A stretch of 64,000 nucleotides of DNA from an uncultured Rhodococcus sp. (GCA_963517305.1 CAUQEL010000008.1:36145-100144); one strand, 5' to 3'; numbered from the stretch's first letter, positions 20,845 to 31,453 are shown. The notes: a model not told the origin generated them from the letters alone. Translations and numbers: made by a program.

Positions 20845-22677
20845 ATGAATTCAGACCTGGGACCGGCACTAGGCCCGACCGTCACCGAGATGCTCGCGGC
20901 GTACAGAACCGGAGGAACGACTCCCACTGCAACGGTGGAGGCGTTCTCGACCGCCGTGGCTGCCCGCGGCGACGACGGAACATGGATCACCGTCGTCGGC
21001 CGAGCAGAATTGCTCGCGGCCGCCGCGGCTCTCGAAGCGCGACCCGACGCAATGTCGCTGCCCCTGTACGGAATTCCCTTCGGAGTCAAGGACAGCATCG
21101 ACGTAGCCGGATACCCGACCACCCTCGCCTGTCCCGACTACGCCTACACGGCGAATACGACGGCCCCGGCCGTGCAGGCGTTGGTCGACGCCGGAGCCAT
21201 TTTCGTCGGCAAGACCAGCCTCGACCAGTTCGCGACCGGGTTGAACGGGACCCGCACGCCGCACCCGATTCCGCGGAGCGTCTACGGCAACGACATGATC
21301 TCGGGTGGCTCGAGTTCCGGTTCGGCACTGGCCGTCGCCCTAGGGCAGGTGCCGTTCTGTGTGGCCACCGACACCGCAGGATCGGGTCGAGTGCCTGCCG
21401 CGCTCAACGGGATCGTGGGATACAAGCCGTCGCGCGGCCTGATCAGCACCGTCGGACTCGTCCCCGCGTGCAAGTCACTGGACTGCATCACCTTGATGGC
21501 GACCACGATCGAAGATCTCGACCTCGTGTTCGACGTCATGTGCGCCGAGGATCCAGAAGACGGGTGGGCACGTTCGCGCGGAGGAAGATACGACGGACGA
21601 GAAGTCACCGTCGGACTACCGGACCTGCAGCAGCTGGACTTCTTCGGTGACGCAGCCATGTTCGACGCGCACTCGGCCGTTCGCCTGTCGCTCGCCGATC
21701 GTGGTTTACGCACCACCACAGTGGATCTCACTCCTTTCCTCGATGCCGGTTCGCTGCTGTATCAGGGGCCGTGGGTCGCCGAGCGACTGGTCGAGTTCGA
21801 CGAATTCCTGAGCGAGAAGCCCGATTCCATCGTTCCCGTCGTCCGGGAAATCCTTCTCGGTGGGCGCCGGTACAGCGCCGTCGATGCCTTCCGAGCACTG
21901 CAGACGCTGCAGGACCTTCGCGCTCGCGTCGCGCAGCTCTGGACGTCCATGGACGTGATGATCGTGCCGACCATCGGCACCACCTTCACCGTGCCGGAGG
22001 TACTCGCAGACCCCATCGCGTGCAATACGAAGCTCGGTCACTACACCCACTTCGGGAACCTTCTCGACCTGGCGGCCGTAGCGATTCCCGTTGGGCACAC
22101 CGAGGACGGTCGACCGGTCAGCCTCATGGTGATCGGGCCTGCGCTGGCCGACGATACGATTCTCGCGGTCGCGGCCCGGTTGCTCGGACAAGGGTGCGCC
22201 GTCTCACCACCTCTCGCGGCCGAAGGGTCGGCAGTCGAGACCATCGACATCGTCGTCGCCGGCCACCACCTGTCGGGAGAGCGGGCCAACCCTCAGCTGC
22301 TCGAGCTGGGCGGGTCCCTGGTCGAGGCCACGTCCACGGCGCCGACGTACACGCTGCTTCGGATCGGAACCGCCGATCCGACACCCGGCTTGCTGCGAGT
22401 TCGTCATGGCGGCAGCGCAATCGACGTGGAGAGATGGCGTCTGCCCGCCATTTCTCTTGCGGTTCTCGTGGGCAGAATGCCAGCGGTGCTCGCTCTGGGA
22501 AGAGTGCTGCTGGCCGACGGTTCCGACGTTCTCGGCTACGTCTGCGACGCCACTGTGCAGACCGGTGCTCAGGGGCACACCGTCGACGACATCAGCGAGT
22601 TCGGCGGCTGGCGCGCATATTCCCGGGCGATCAGTTCTGCTCACGACACTTCCATTGCAGCACAGGAGATCTCATGA
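20845..22677 (+). CDS. atzF: Allophanate hydrolase
   Basis: Amidase signature GVKDSID, GKTSLDQFATGLNGTR, GGSSSGSA, TDTAGSGRVPA, LYQGPWVAER; C-terminal AtzF domain (GHHLSG...N, DISEFGGWRAY). Confidence 0.92.
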   Translation: MNSDLGPALGPTVTEMLAAYRTGGTTPTATVEAFSTAVAARGDDGTWITVVGRAELLAAAAALEARPDAMSLPLYGIPFGVKDSIDVAGYPTTLACPDYAYTANTTAPAVQALVDAGAIFVGKTSLDQFATGLNGTRTPHPIPRSVYGNDMISGGSSSGSALAVALGQVPFCVATDTAGSGRVPAALNGIVGYKPSRGLISTVGLVPACKSLDCITLMATTIEDLDLVFDVMCAEDPEDGWARSRGGRYDGREVTVGLPDLQQLDFFGDAAMFDAHSAVRLSLADRGLRTTTVDLTPFLDAGSLLYQGPWVAERLVEFDEFLSEKPDSIVPVVREILLGGRRYSAVDAFRALQTLQDLRARVAQLWTSMDVMIVPTIGTTFTVPEVLADPIACNTKLGHYTHFGNLLDLAAVAIPVGHTEDGRPVSLMVIGPALADDTILAVAARLLGQGCAVSPPLAAEGSAVETIDIVVAGHHLSGERANPQLLELGGSLVEATSTAPTYTLLRIGTADPTPGLLRVRHGGSAIDVERWRLPAISLAVLVGRMPAVLALGRVLLADGSDVLGYVCDATVQTGAQGHTVDDISEFGGWRAYSRAISSAHDTSIAAQEIS

Positions 22678-23387
22678 ACTCACCACACTTACCGCACACG
22701 TCGATACCGTCGGCGTCACCGTCGGAGTTCACCATCGATGCCTCGACGACGGCACTGCTCGTCATCGACATGCAGAGGGACTTTCTGCTCCCCGGGGGGT
22801 TCGGTGAGAGCCTCGGCAACGATGTCGGCCTGCTCCGAACCGTGATCGAACCACTCGCAGGTCTCATCGCAGTGGCCAGGGAAGCCGGGATTCCCGTGAT
22901 CCACACCAGGGAGGGGCATCTACCGGACCTGTCGGACTGCCCGCCGGCGAAGTTGCGCCGCGGCACGCCCTCTCAGCGCATCGGTGATCCAGGAGCGTTC
23001 GGCCGCATCCTCGTTCGCGGTGAGTACGGCCACGACATCGTCGACGAGCTGGCACCGCTCGAGGGCGAGACCGTCATCGACAAGCCCGGCAAAGGTGCGT
23101 TCTACGCCACCGAGCTCTCCGAGGTTCTCACGAGCGCCGGAATCACCACCTTGCTCGTCACCGGTGTGACGACCGAGGTGTGCGTGCACACCACGGTGCG
23201 GGAGGCCAACGATCGAGGGTACGAGTGCCTCGTGGTGACGGACTGTGTCGGTTCGTACTTCCCGGAGTTTCAGCGTGTGGGCCTCGAGATGATTTCGGCT
23301 CAAGGCGGCATTTTCGGTTGGACCGCGCCGTCGGAGGACGTCGTGGCCGCGTTGGTTGCACTCGTCCCCACCTCGGCAAGTCGATAG
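22674..23387 (+). CDS. biuH: Biuret hydrolase (cysteine hydrolase/isochorismatase fold)
   Basis: IDMQRDF, HTREGH.PDLSD, DKPGKGAFY, GVTTEVCVHTTVREANDRGYE, AQGGIFG; ATGA overlap with atzF. Confidence 0.85.
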   Translation: MNSPHLPHTSIPSASPSEFTIDASTTALLVIDMQRDFLLPGGFGESLGNDVGLLRTVIEPLAGLIAVAREAGIPVIHTREGHLPDLSDCPPAKLRRGTPSQRIGDPGAFGRILVRGEYGHDIVDELAPLEGETVIDKPGKGAFYATELSEVLTSAGITTLLVTGVTTEVCVHTTVREANDRGYECLVVTDCVGSYFPEFQRVGLEMISAQGGIFGWTAPSEDVVAALVALVPTSASR

Positions 23388-23395
23388 GACCGAAC

Positions 23396-24976
23396 ATGAC
23401 CATGGACGTCAAGGACTCACCCGCTGCAGGCTCCTCGTCCTCGTTCACCCTCCCGTGGTGGACGAAGGGCGACACCAACGCATTCTTCGGACTCGGCTTC
23501 AACATTCTCGTCAACGTGCTCACTCTGACGACCTTGAGCATCGCGGTGGTCGGAATTCCAGGAAGCGACGTCCTCGGGACGCTGCTGCCTGCCCTCGGGA
23601 TCGCCCTGATCCTGGGGAACCTGTACTACATGGTTCTCGCTCGTCGACTTGCCAAGCGCGAGAACCGAACCGACGTGACGGCGCTACCGTACGGTCCGAG
23701 CGTTCCGCACATGTTCATCGTCGTGTTCGTGGTCATGCTCCCGGTCTACCTGGCGACGGGTGACGCGGTGCAGGCGTGGGCGGCGGGACTCGCCTGGGCC
23801 TTCATGATCGGCATCATCGTCATGATCGGAGCGTTCGTCGGGCCCTACATTCGCAGGATCACCCCGCGCGCGGCGATGCTCGGCACGTTGGCCGGCATCT
23901 CGATCACCTTCATCGCGATGCGCCCGGCCGCGCAGATGTGGGAGGCCGCCTGGATCGGGTTGCCCGTTCTCGCAATCATTCTCATCGGCTTCTTCACCGA
24001 TGTGAAGTTGCCCGGCAACATTCCGGTCGGTCTCGCCGCGCTCCTGGTGGGCACGGCGATCGGCTGGATCGGCGGATACATGTCCGTGCCGGACGTGACC
24101 GAGGCCGCAGGCAATATCGCGCTGGGCCTTCCCGACCTACGCCTCGACCTGCTTCTCGACGGTCTCGGCAATCTGGCACCGCTGCTCGCGACGGCAATCC
24201 CGTTGGGTGTCTACAACTTCACCGAGGCGATGAGCAACGTCGAAAGCGCATCTGCTGCCGGAGACAACTACAACCTGCGCAGCGTGCTGCTCGCCGACGG
24301 ATTCGGTGCGGTCGTCGGCTCGGCGTTCGGATCGCCGTTCCCGCCCGCGGTCTACATCGGCCATCCGGGCTGGAAAGACGCGGGCGGCCGAACCGGGTAC
24401 TCGCTCGCGTCGGGCATCGCGATCGGACTGATGTGTTTTCTCGGGCTCTTCGGATTACTGGCAACGCTGCTTCCGATCCCCGCGATCGTCCCGATTCTGT
24501 TGTACATCGGCCTGCTGATCGGTGCCCAAGCATTCCAGTCGGTGCCCAAGCTGCACGCCATCGCGGTGGTGGTGGCACTGCTGCCCAACCTCGCGGAGTG
24601 GGCGGTGGGTCTGATCGACAACGCACTGAGCGCGGCAGGCACCTCGGCGACGGAAGTGGGAAGCGAGGCACTGGGTCAGGCGGGTGTCGTCTACGACGGG
24701 TTGAAGACGTTCGGGTCGGGAGCGGTACTCGCCGGTCTGATGCTGGGCACCATCGTCACGTTCGTTCTCGACAAACGGTTCCTCGCCGCCGCAACAGCGA
24801 GTGGGGTGGCCGCGGCACTGTCGTGGGTCGGTCTGATCCACTCGCACGAGGTGGGTTGGGCAGCCAATCCCCAAGTCGCACTCGGCTATCTGTTCTTCGG
24901 GCTCGTGTGTCTGGCGTACTCGCGGCTGATTTCCGCGCCGAAGCCGACGACCGAGCCACAACCGGTCGGGGAGTAG
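23396..24976 (+). CDS. NCS2-like (xanthine/uracil-type) permease, putative biuret uptake
   Basis: GDTNAFFG, TALPYGPSVPHMF, TPRAAMLGTLAG, PPAVYIGHPGWK; many TM helices; 8 bp after biuH. Confidence 0.8.
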   Translation: MTMDVKDSPAAGSSSSFTLPWWTKGDTNAFFGLGFNILVNVLTLTTLSIAVVGIPGSDVLGTLLPALGIALILGNLYYMVLARRLAKRENRTDVTALPYGPSVPHMFIVVFVVMLPVYLATGDAVQAWAAGLAWAFMIGIIVMIGAFVGPYIRRITPRAAMLGTLAGISITFIAMRPAAQMWEAAWIGLPVLAIILIGFFTDVKLPGNIPVGLAALLVGTAIGWIGGYMSVPDVTEAAGNIALGLPDLRLDLLLDGLGNLAPLLATAIPLGVYNFTEAMSNVESASAAGDNYNLRSVLLADGFGAVVGSAFGSPFPPAVYIGHPGWKDAGGRTGYSLASGIAIGLMCFLGLFGLLATLLPIPAIVPILLYIGLLIGAQAFQSVPKLHAIAVVVALLPNLAEWAVGLIDNALSAAGTSATEVGSEALGQAGVVYDGLKTFGSGAVLAGLMLGTIVTFVLDKRFLAAATASGVAAALSWVGLIHSHEVGWAANPQVALGYLFFGLVCLAYSRLISAPKPTTEPQPVGE

Positions 24977-25018
24977 GGCATCCCGATGCGGGCCGCACGG
25001 CCCGCATCGGGAACTCCT

Positions 25019-28000
25019 CTAGCGCTCGCTCACGAGCTCGAGCGCCACGAGATCGGAAAGATACTTTTCGATCAGTTCGCGTCCGAGGTGCGGAATATCC
25101 CCGACGGCCGAGGCGAACTCGTCGGCAGGCAGTATCGCCCCGGACGACGGGTGCTGCGGTTGTGCGTACGAGTCGATCAAGGGGAGCAACGAGTGCGAAC
25201 GCTGCTTCTCCGGAAGCGCCTCGACTGCAGCGCTGAAACGCTCGAACCACTCGTCGTAGTTCTCGACGATCTCTATGTCGCGACCCGCGTCACGGATCCA
25301 ATCGACGAAAGTGTCCAGCGAGATGTCGTCGTCGTGTGGGTTGAGGATGTCGAAGGTTCGGTAGCCCGAGGTATCCCCACCCGCGATCGACGTTATGGCC
25401 GACGCACTGAAATCGGCCGGCAGTCCGTCGTAGTGGGCCAGCGGTCGCCCCTGCTCGTCGGTCGGTGCCCCGGTGTCGGTGTTGTAGAACGTGTGTGGAG
25501 CCAGACCGGTTGCGACCACCGACAAGAGCAAACGAGTGAACACGTCCGGCACGTTGAGCTGACCCCTCCACGTGCTGTGCGCGAGAATCATGTCTGAGCG
25601 GAAGACCGAGACGGGCAGGCCGAACTCGTCGAAAGCATTGCGCAACAGCACCTCACCGGCCCACTTGGAGTTGCCGTAACCGTTGGCGTACGAATCGTCC
25701 ACGGCCCGCGACGGGCTGTCGACGCGAATGTCGCCGTTCTCCCGGAATTCCTCGACGCCCGCTGCGACCGCCACCGTCGACAGGTAGGTCACCGGCTTGA
25801 CATGGTCGGTCAGCGCCAGTCGGATCACCTCGGCCGTGCCGACGACGTTGGGGCCGAAGAGGTGCTCGTACGGCAGGGCATGGTTGACCAGCGCGGCGGG
25901 ATGGACGATGCGATCGACCCGTTCGGCCAGCGCCTGGAATGCGTCGTGTTCCAAGCCGAAGTGAGGTGCCCCGAGATCACCTGCCACGACCTCGAGAGCG
26001 GCGTCGGCCAAGGTTCGATAACGCTCCGACAGTTCGGCGTCTCCACTGTCGAAGGCTGCATCGAGACGAGCTCGCGCGTCGGAATCGGAGCGTCCGCGCA
26101 CCAGGCACACCACCTTTCCGCCGACCTCGGCCATGCGCCCCAGCCATTCCAGGCAGAGGAAGCGGCCGAGGTACCCGTTGGCACCGGTCAGCAAGACCGT
26201 GCTGGTCTGTTCTCGTGGGCCGGGAACATGGTGTGCGGCGTCCAGGAGCGCGTCGTCGAGAAATGCCGACAGACGCAGGTCGGAGGCGCGTGCAACGGCG
26301 GAGTCGCGACCGTGCACCGAGGCGAATGTCGCTGTGTCGGAGTCGTTGTCGCGAGCCGAGGAAATGTACTCGGCGAGCGCCGCCAGGTCCATGGCGGGCC
26401 CGGTGATCACTCCGACCGGTACGTCCACGTCGTAGATCTCACGCAGGAGCGTCGAGAACGTCAACGCCGACAACGAGTCTCCGCCGAGATCACCGAAGTG
26501 GGCATCGGGTCGGACGTCGGATCCGTCGCATCCCAGCAGTGCCTGCGCGGCATCGCCGACGGTGGTCAGCACTGGTGCGTCGGCACCGCTGCGTCGTAGC
26601 TCGCGGAGACGTTCGTTCTGACCCGACTCGAGTTCTGCGTAGCGACGCTCGAGATCGGCACCGTAGCGCTCGACCAACTTGGGACGCAGTTGCTTGCCTG
26701 CACCGGACAGCAGTCCGTTCTCCTGTGTGAACGGCTGGTGCTCGACGATGACGTCGCGCGGAATCTCGTACGAGTTCAGCGCGTCGGTGCGCGCGATACT
26801 CTGCAACGATTCGATGACCGAACCCGCAGTCGTATCCGGGTGGGCCGGTACGACGATTGCCAGGAGATACGCCCGTTGGCTGTTGCCGTACAGAAATATC
26901 TGGTCGACCAGCTCGCTGGTACCGAACAACGCTTCGAGGCGCGCCAGCGCGACGAACTCGCCCTGCGCCAGCTTCAGCACGTTCTTGCGCCGGTCGACAT
27001 AGGCCAGTCGGTCCGGTTCGAGCTCGGCGACGACGTCACCGGTGCGATAGAAGCCCTCGGAGTCGAAAACATCGGCCGTGACGTCCGGGCGCTTGTAGTA
27101 ACCGGGAATGATGGTCGACGTTCTGAGCAGAAGCTCACCGCGGGGGTACGGCTTGTCCGTGGAGAAGTACCCGAGTTCGGGGACGTCGTCGAGCTTGTAC
27201 TCGATCACCGGTGGGCGCGCGATCACGCCGTCGTGCAACACCATTCCGGCTTCGGTGGAGCCGTAGTTGTCGCGCACCTCGATATCGAGGAGCTCCGTGA
27301 CGAAATCCTTGACCTCCTCGGCGATCGGTGCGGTGCCGACCATGGCTGCAAGGATGCGTCCGCCGAACTGCTCGTTCCTGTTGCGCTCCAACACAGTTTG
27401 CCGAGCGCGGTCGTCGTCTCCCTCAGTGGAGCGTTCGACCTCCCGGTCGATCTCGGCGAGGACGTTGTGTCGGATCATCTCGCAGACCCGCGGGATCAAC
27501 AGTGCCATCGTGGGTCGAGCGAGTGCGAAATCCTCGAACAAGGTGGACAGGTCGCTCGCCCCTGCGAAATGGACGGTGCCGCCGGCCGCCAGCGTCGAGA
27601 AGACGAGGCCACGCCCCGCCAGGTGACTCATCGGAAGGTAGTCGAGCGTGATCACGGGGAAGGCAGGCCGATCCACGGATTCGGAGGAAGCTCCGGTGTG
27701 GTGCCAGGCCCCGGTCCAGGCTCCGCACACGATTCGTTCGGTGTGCATCGCTCCCTTGGGTGTTCCGGTGCTGCCGGACGTGTAGATCAGTGTCGCGAGT
27801 CGATCGGAATCCTCGGCCTCGGGTAGTGGAACCTCCGGTAGTTGCGCGCCGTCGCGAACCAGCTCGGTGAGCGGCCGGACGAAGACGCCCACTTGTTCGG
27901 CATCGTTGCGCGCGGCTCTCATGATCCGGGTGTGCGTGTCGATTGCACCGTCGTAGTCGAGGACGACGATTCGCCGAATGGACCGACAATGCGTGGCAAC

Positions 28001-28546
28001 CTGGACCGCAACGGACAGGTTGTCGACATCGGCTGCCAGAACGGCGGGTTCGACCTCGTCGGCGATGGCGGAGAGCTGGCCCGCGGTGGCACCGGCCTGC
28101 AAGGGAACGGCAATTGCGCCGAGTCGGATCGTGGCCAATTCCGCGATGACATAGTCGGCACTCGCGAATCCCAGAGTTGCGAAGAAGTCTCCTGGACCGA
28201 TACCGAATGCGTCGTGCGTCAGCGCCGACGCCAGTGCACCGGCGTCGTTCCAGGCTCGGCCGTAGGTGACGGTGTCGAAGCGCGGGAGCAGGCGAAGGGT
28301 GTTCGCGTCGTCGATTCGGGCGATCTCTCGAGCTCGGCGGCCGAGCGCCGGCCGATCCGAGTAGCGCGTCATGACCTCGGCAACCACGCGGGCCAGGTTG
28401 GGCGACAACTCCTGGGCGGCGTCGGCCACTGCGCTGTCCGGTTCGGCGGCTCGAAACTCCTGGTCGGACTCGTGCAGTTCCTGAAATCGACTGCGTTGCC
28501 TGCTCTGACGATCCTGTCGGCTGTCGACGGCCAGTGTGTGGGTCAT
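25019..28546 (-). CDS. car: Carboxylic acid reductase (A-T-R architecture)
   Basis: A domain YTSGSTGTPKG, YGSTEAG, YRTGD; carrier DLGGDSLSA; reductase LTGANGYLGRF, YGNSKWAGE; ATG 28546 after GGAGGGAG. Confidence 0.93.
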   Translation of the reverse strand: MTHTLAVDSRQDRQSRQRSRFQELHESDQEFRAAEPDSAVADAAQELSPNLARVVAEVMTRYSDRPALGRRAREIARIDDANTLRLLPRFDTVTYGRAWNDAGALASALTHDAFGIGPGDFFATLGFASADYVIAELATIRLGAIAVPLQAGATAGQLSAIADEVEPAVLAADVDNLSVAVQVATHCRSIRRIVVLDYDGAIDTHTRIMRAARNDAEQVGVFVRPLTELVRDGAQLPEVPLPEAEDSDRLATLIYTSGSTGTPKGAMHTERIVCGAWTGAWHHTGASSESVDRPAFPVITLDYLPMSHLAGRGLVFSTLAAGGTVHFAGASDLSTLFEDFALARPTMALLIPRVCEMIRHNVLAEIDREVERSTEGDDDRARQTVLERNRNEQFGGRILAAMVGTAPIAEEVKDFVTELLDIEVRDNYGSTEAGMVLHDGVIARPPVIEYKLDDVPELGYFSTDKPYPRGELLLRTSTIIPGYYKRPDVTADVFDSEGFYRTGDVVAELEPDRLAYVDRRKNVLKLAQGEFVALARLEALFGTSELVDQIFLYGNSQRAYLLAIVVPAHPDTTAGSVIESLQSIARTDALNSYEIPRDVIVEHQPFTQENGLLSGAGKQLRPKLVERYGADLERRYAELESGQNERLRELRRSGADAPVLTTVGDAAQALLGCDGSDVRPDAHFGDLGGDSLSALTFSTLLREIYDVDVPVGVITGPAMDLAALAEYISSARDNDSDTATFASVHGRDSAVARASDLRLSAFLDDALLDAAHHVPGPREQTSTVLLTGANGYLGRFLCLEWLGRMAEVGGKVVCLVRGRSDSDARARLDAAFDSGDAELSERYRTLADAALEVVAGDLGAPHFGLEHDAFQALAERVDRIVHPAALVNHALPYEHLFGPNVVGTAEVIRLALTDHVKPVTYLSTVAVAAGVEEFRENGDIRVDSPSRAVDDSYANGYGNSKWAGEVLLRNAFDEFGLPVSVFRSDMILAHSTWRGQLNVPDVFTRLLLSVVATGLAPHTFYNTDTGAPTDEQGRPLAHYDGLPADFSASAITSIAGGDTSGYRTFDILNPHDDDISLDTFVDWIRDAGRDIEIVENYDEWFERFSAAVEALPEKQRSHSLLPLIDSYAQPQHPSSGAILPADEFASAVGDIPHLGRELIEKYLSDLVALELVSER

Positions 28547-28863
28547 GCTCGACTCCCTCCGACGAAGTGCACCGATCGTTCGGGGCACCTCGCGATTGTC
28601 CGCTCAATATCGTTATCAAAGGTAAGTATATGCCGTCGAGTGCCGCGCCAATCGTGACGCTGCTCATAGTCCGATAAGTCGTAAATATCTGCCTGACTGC
28701 ACTTTTGGAGCGCGGATCGCGGACGCGAAGCTGCGGTGTCAGGTCACGTGGGTACTCGGTGAAAGCGAGAGATCGCGACTTGTATGGTGAATCCACAGTC
28801 ATGTGCGTCACAGTGCTCGTCATCATCGTGCGCACGTGTCACCCCTCGCGATCGGAGAAGTGA

Positions 28864-30660
28864 ATGTCGGACGTCCTCTCGCGACGCGACCTGGATTTTC
28901 TGCTGTACGAATGGCTGGACGTGGCGGCACTGACTGCTCGGCCTCGCTTCGCGGAGCACTCGAAGGAGACCTTCGACGCGGTCCTCGACCTCAGCGCTGA
29001 CATCGCCCGCAAGCATTTCGCGCCGCACAACAAGAAGGCGGACGCGCAGGAGCCGACGATGAACGCGGACGGTTCGGTCGAGCTGATACCTGAGGTCAAG
29101 GAAGCGCTCGATGTCTATGCGTCGGCGGGTCTGATCGCCGGGCAGTTCGACGAGTCGATCGGCGGTATGCAACTGCCCGCGACCGTCTCTCGGGCAGCGA
29201 TGGCGTTCTTCCAGGCCGCCAACGCCGGGACCTCCTCGTACCCGTTCCTCACCATGGCCAACGCCAACCTGATCGCGACCTACGGCACGGCGGATCAGGT
29301 GCGAGATTACGTCCGGCCCATGCTCGACGGGCGGTGGTTCGGAACCATGTGCCTGTCGGAACCGCAGGCCGGATCGTCACTGGCGGACATCACGACCAAG
29401 GCAGTGCCGCAGGACGACGGTAGCTTTCGTATCACCGGAACCAAGATGTGGATTTCGGGTGGAGATCACGAACTCACCGAGAACATCGTTCACCTGGTGC
29501 TCGCCAAGACGCCGGGCGGACCACCGGGGGTCAAGGGGATCTCCCTGTTCATCGTTCCCAAATTCCTACCGAACGGCGACGGCGGTACGGGCGAGCGCAA
29601 CGACATCGTGTTGACCGGACTCAATCACAAGATGGGCAACCGCGGCACCACCAATACACTGCTGGCCTTCGGCGACGGAACCCACTCTCCCGGTGGGCAA
29701 CCCGGAGCAGTCGGCTTCCTCGTCGCCGAGGAGAACCGCGGATTGTCGTACATGTTCCACATGATGAACGAAGCTCGGATCGGCGTCGGATTCCTCGCGA
29801 TCGCCCTCGGCTACGTCGGCTACCTGAAGTCGGTCGAGTATGCGAAGACCCGTACTCAGGGCCGACCACTCGGTGCCAAGGATCCCGCAGCACCTGCGGT
29901 CGCGCTGATCGAACACGCCGACGTTCGTCGAATGTTGTTGGCGCAGAAGTCCTACGTCGAAGGGGCGCTGGCGCTCGGACTCTACTGTTCGCGTCTGGTC
30001 GATCATCAGGACTCGGCGTCCGACGATGCCGAAGCGGCGCGATCGACACTGCTGCTGGACGTACTGACGCCCATCGCCAAGAGCTGGCCGTCGCAATGGT
30101 GCCTCGAGGCCAACAGTCTGGCCATCCAGGTGCACGGCGGCTACGGATACACCCGCGACTACGACGTCGAACAGCACTACCGCGACAACCGCCTCAATCC
30201 GATTCACGAAGGTACGCACGGTATTCAGGGTTTGGATCTGCTCGGGCGCAAGGTGATCATGCAGGGCGGCGCGGGATTGGCTCTGCTGGCCGAACATATC
30301 GGGGAGACAGTCGAGCGTGCGCACGCAGCGGGCGGTGACGCCGCTCTGTACGCGGCCGAACTGCACGCACGCTTCGGCAGAATCGTCGAGGTCACCGCGG
30401 CAGTGTGGGGTACCGGCGATGCCGCTGTGGCGCTGGCGAACTCCACGGCGTACCTCGAGGCGATGGGGCATACGGTCATCGCCTGGATGTGGCTAGAGCA
30501 GTTGCTGGCCGTCGGTACGAAATCCGGAGACTTCTACGACGGAAAGCGTTCTGCAGCAAAATATTTCTATGTCTACGAATTGCCGAAGGTGGACGTTCAG
30601 CTCGATCTGTTGGCGAGACTGGACCGCACGACCCTCGATATGTCACCCGCTTGGTTCTGA
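28864..30660 (+). CDS. Acyl-CoA dehydrogenase
   Basis: GTMCLSEPQAGS, GTKMWISGG, HKMGNRG, MFHMMNEARIG, IQVHGGYGY, IHEGT. Confidence 0.93.
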   Translation: MSDVLSRRDLDFLLYEWLDVAALTARPRFAEHSKETFDAVLDLSADIARKHFAPHNKKADAQEPTMNADGSVELIPEVKEALDVYASAGLIAGQFDESIGGMQLPATVSRAAMAFFQAANAGTSSYPFLTMANANLIATYGTADQVRDYVRPMLDGRWFGTMCLSEPQAGSSLADITTKAVPQDDGSFRITGTKMWISGGDHELTENIVHLVLAKTPGGPPGVKGISLFIVPKFLPNGDGGTGERNDIVLTGLNHKMGNRGTTNTLLAFGDGTHSPGGQPGAVGFLVAEENRGLSYMFHMMNEARIGVGFLAIALGYVGYLKSVEYAKTRTQGRPLGAKDPAAPAVALIEHADVRRMLLAQKSYVEGALALGLYCSRLVDHQDSASDDAEAARSTLLLDVLTPIAKSWPSQWCLEANSLAIQVHGGYGYTRDYDVEQHYRDNRLNPIHEGTHGIQGLDLLGRKVIMQGGAGLALLAEHIGETVERAHAAGGDAALYAAELHARFGRIVEVTAAVWGTGDAAVALANSTAYLEAMGHTVIAWMWLEQLLAVGTKSGDFYDGKRSAAKYFYVYELPKVDVQLDLLARLDRTTLDMSPAWF

Positions 30661-30685
30661 GTCGAGTACAAGGAGATTCATCAAC

Positions 30686-31447
30686 ATGTCGATCTTGGAC
30701 AAATTTCGCCTGGACGGTCGTGTCGTCATCGTCACCGGAGCATCCTCCGGACTGGGCGTGGCATTCGCCAGAGCAGCCGCCGAGGCGGGAGCGGACGTAG
30801 TGCTCGCCGCGCGGCGAGTGGACAAGTTGGCGCAGACCGCCGAGTTGATCGACAGCGTCGGAGGGCGTTCGATCACGGTCGCCACCGACGTGGTCGACCC
30901 GGATCAGTGCACCGCGATGGTCGAGGCGGCGGTGACGGAGTTCGGAAAGGTCGACATTCTGATCAACAACGCGGGAGTCGGAACCGCTTACCCCGCAACT
31001 CGTGAGACACCCGAGCAGTTCCGTTCGGTGATCGACATCAACTTGAACGGGTCGTACTGGGCAGCGCAGGCCTGTGGACGGGTGATGGCACCCGGCAGTT
31101 CGATCGTGAACATCTCCAGCATTCTTGGCCTGACCACCGCGGGCCTTCCGCAGGCGGCCTACAGCGCCAGCAAGGCAGCCATCATCGGCCTCACCCGCGA
31201 TCTCGCACAGCAGTGGGGCGCACGAAAAGGCATCAGGGTCAACGCTATTGCGCCGGGGTTCTTCAAGAGCGAGATGACGGACTCGTACCAGCCGGGATAC
31301 CTCGACTCGATGGCTCCGCGAATGATTCTCGGACGCAAGGGCGATCCCGAAGAACTGGCCGCAACCGCGATCTGGCTCGCCTCGGACGCCGGGGGATACG
31401 TGACGGGTCAGACCATCGCGGTCGACGGCGGGATCACGATCACCTGA
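30686..31447 (+). CDS. SDR-family oxidoreductase
   Basis: TGASSGLG, NNAG, YSASK, VNAIAPG; AGGAG RBS before ATG 30686. Confidence 0.92.
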   Translation: MSILDKFRLDGRVVIVTGASSGLGVAFARAAAEAGADVVLAARRVDKLAQTAELIDSVGGRSITVATDVVDPDQCTAMVEAAVTEFGKVDILINNAGVGTAYPATRETPEQFRSVIDINLNGSYWAAQACGRVMAPGSSIVNISSILGLTTAGLPQAAYSASKAAIIGLTRDLAQQWGARKGIRVNAIAPGFFKSEMTDSYQPGYLDSMAPRMILGRKGDPEELAATAIWLASDAGGYVTGQTIAVDGGITIT

Positions 31448-31453
31448 CGGCTG

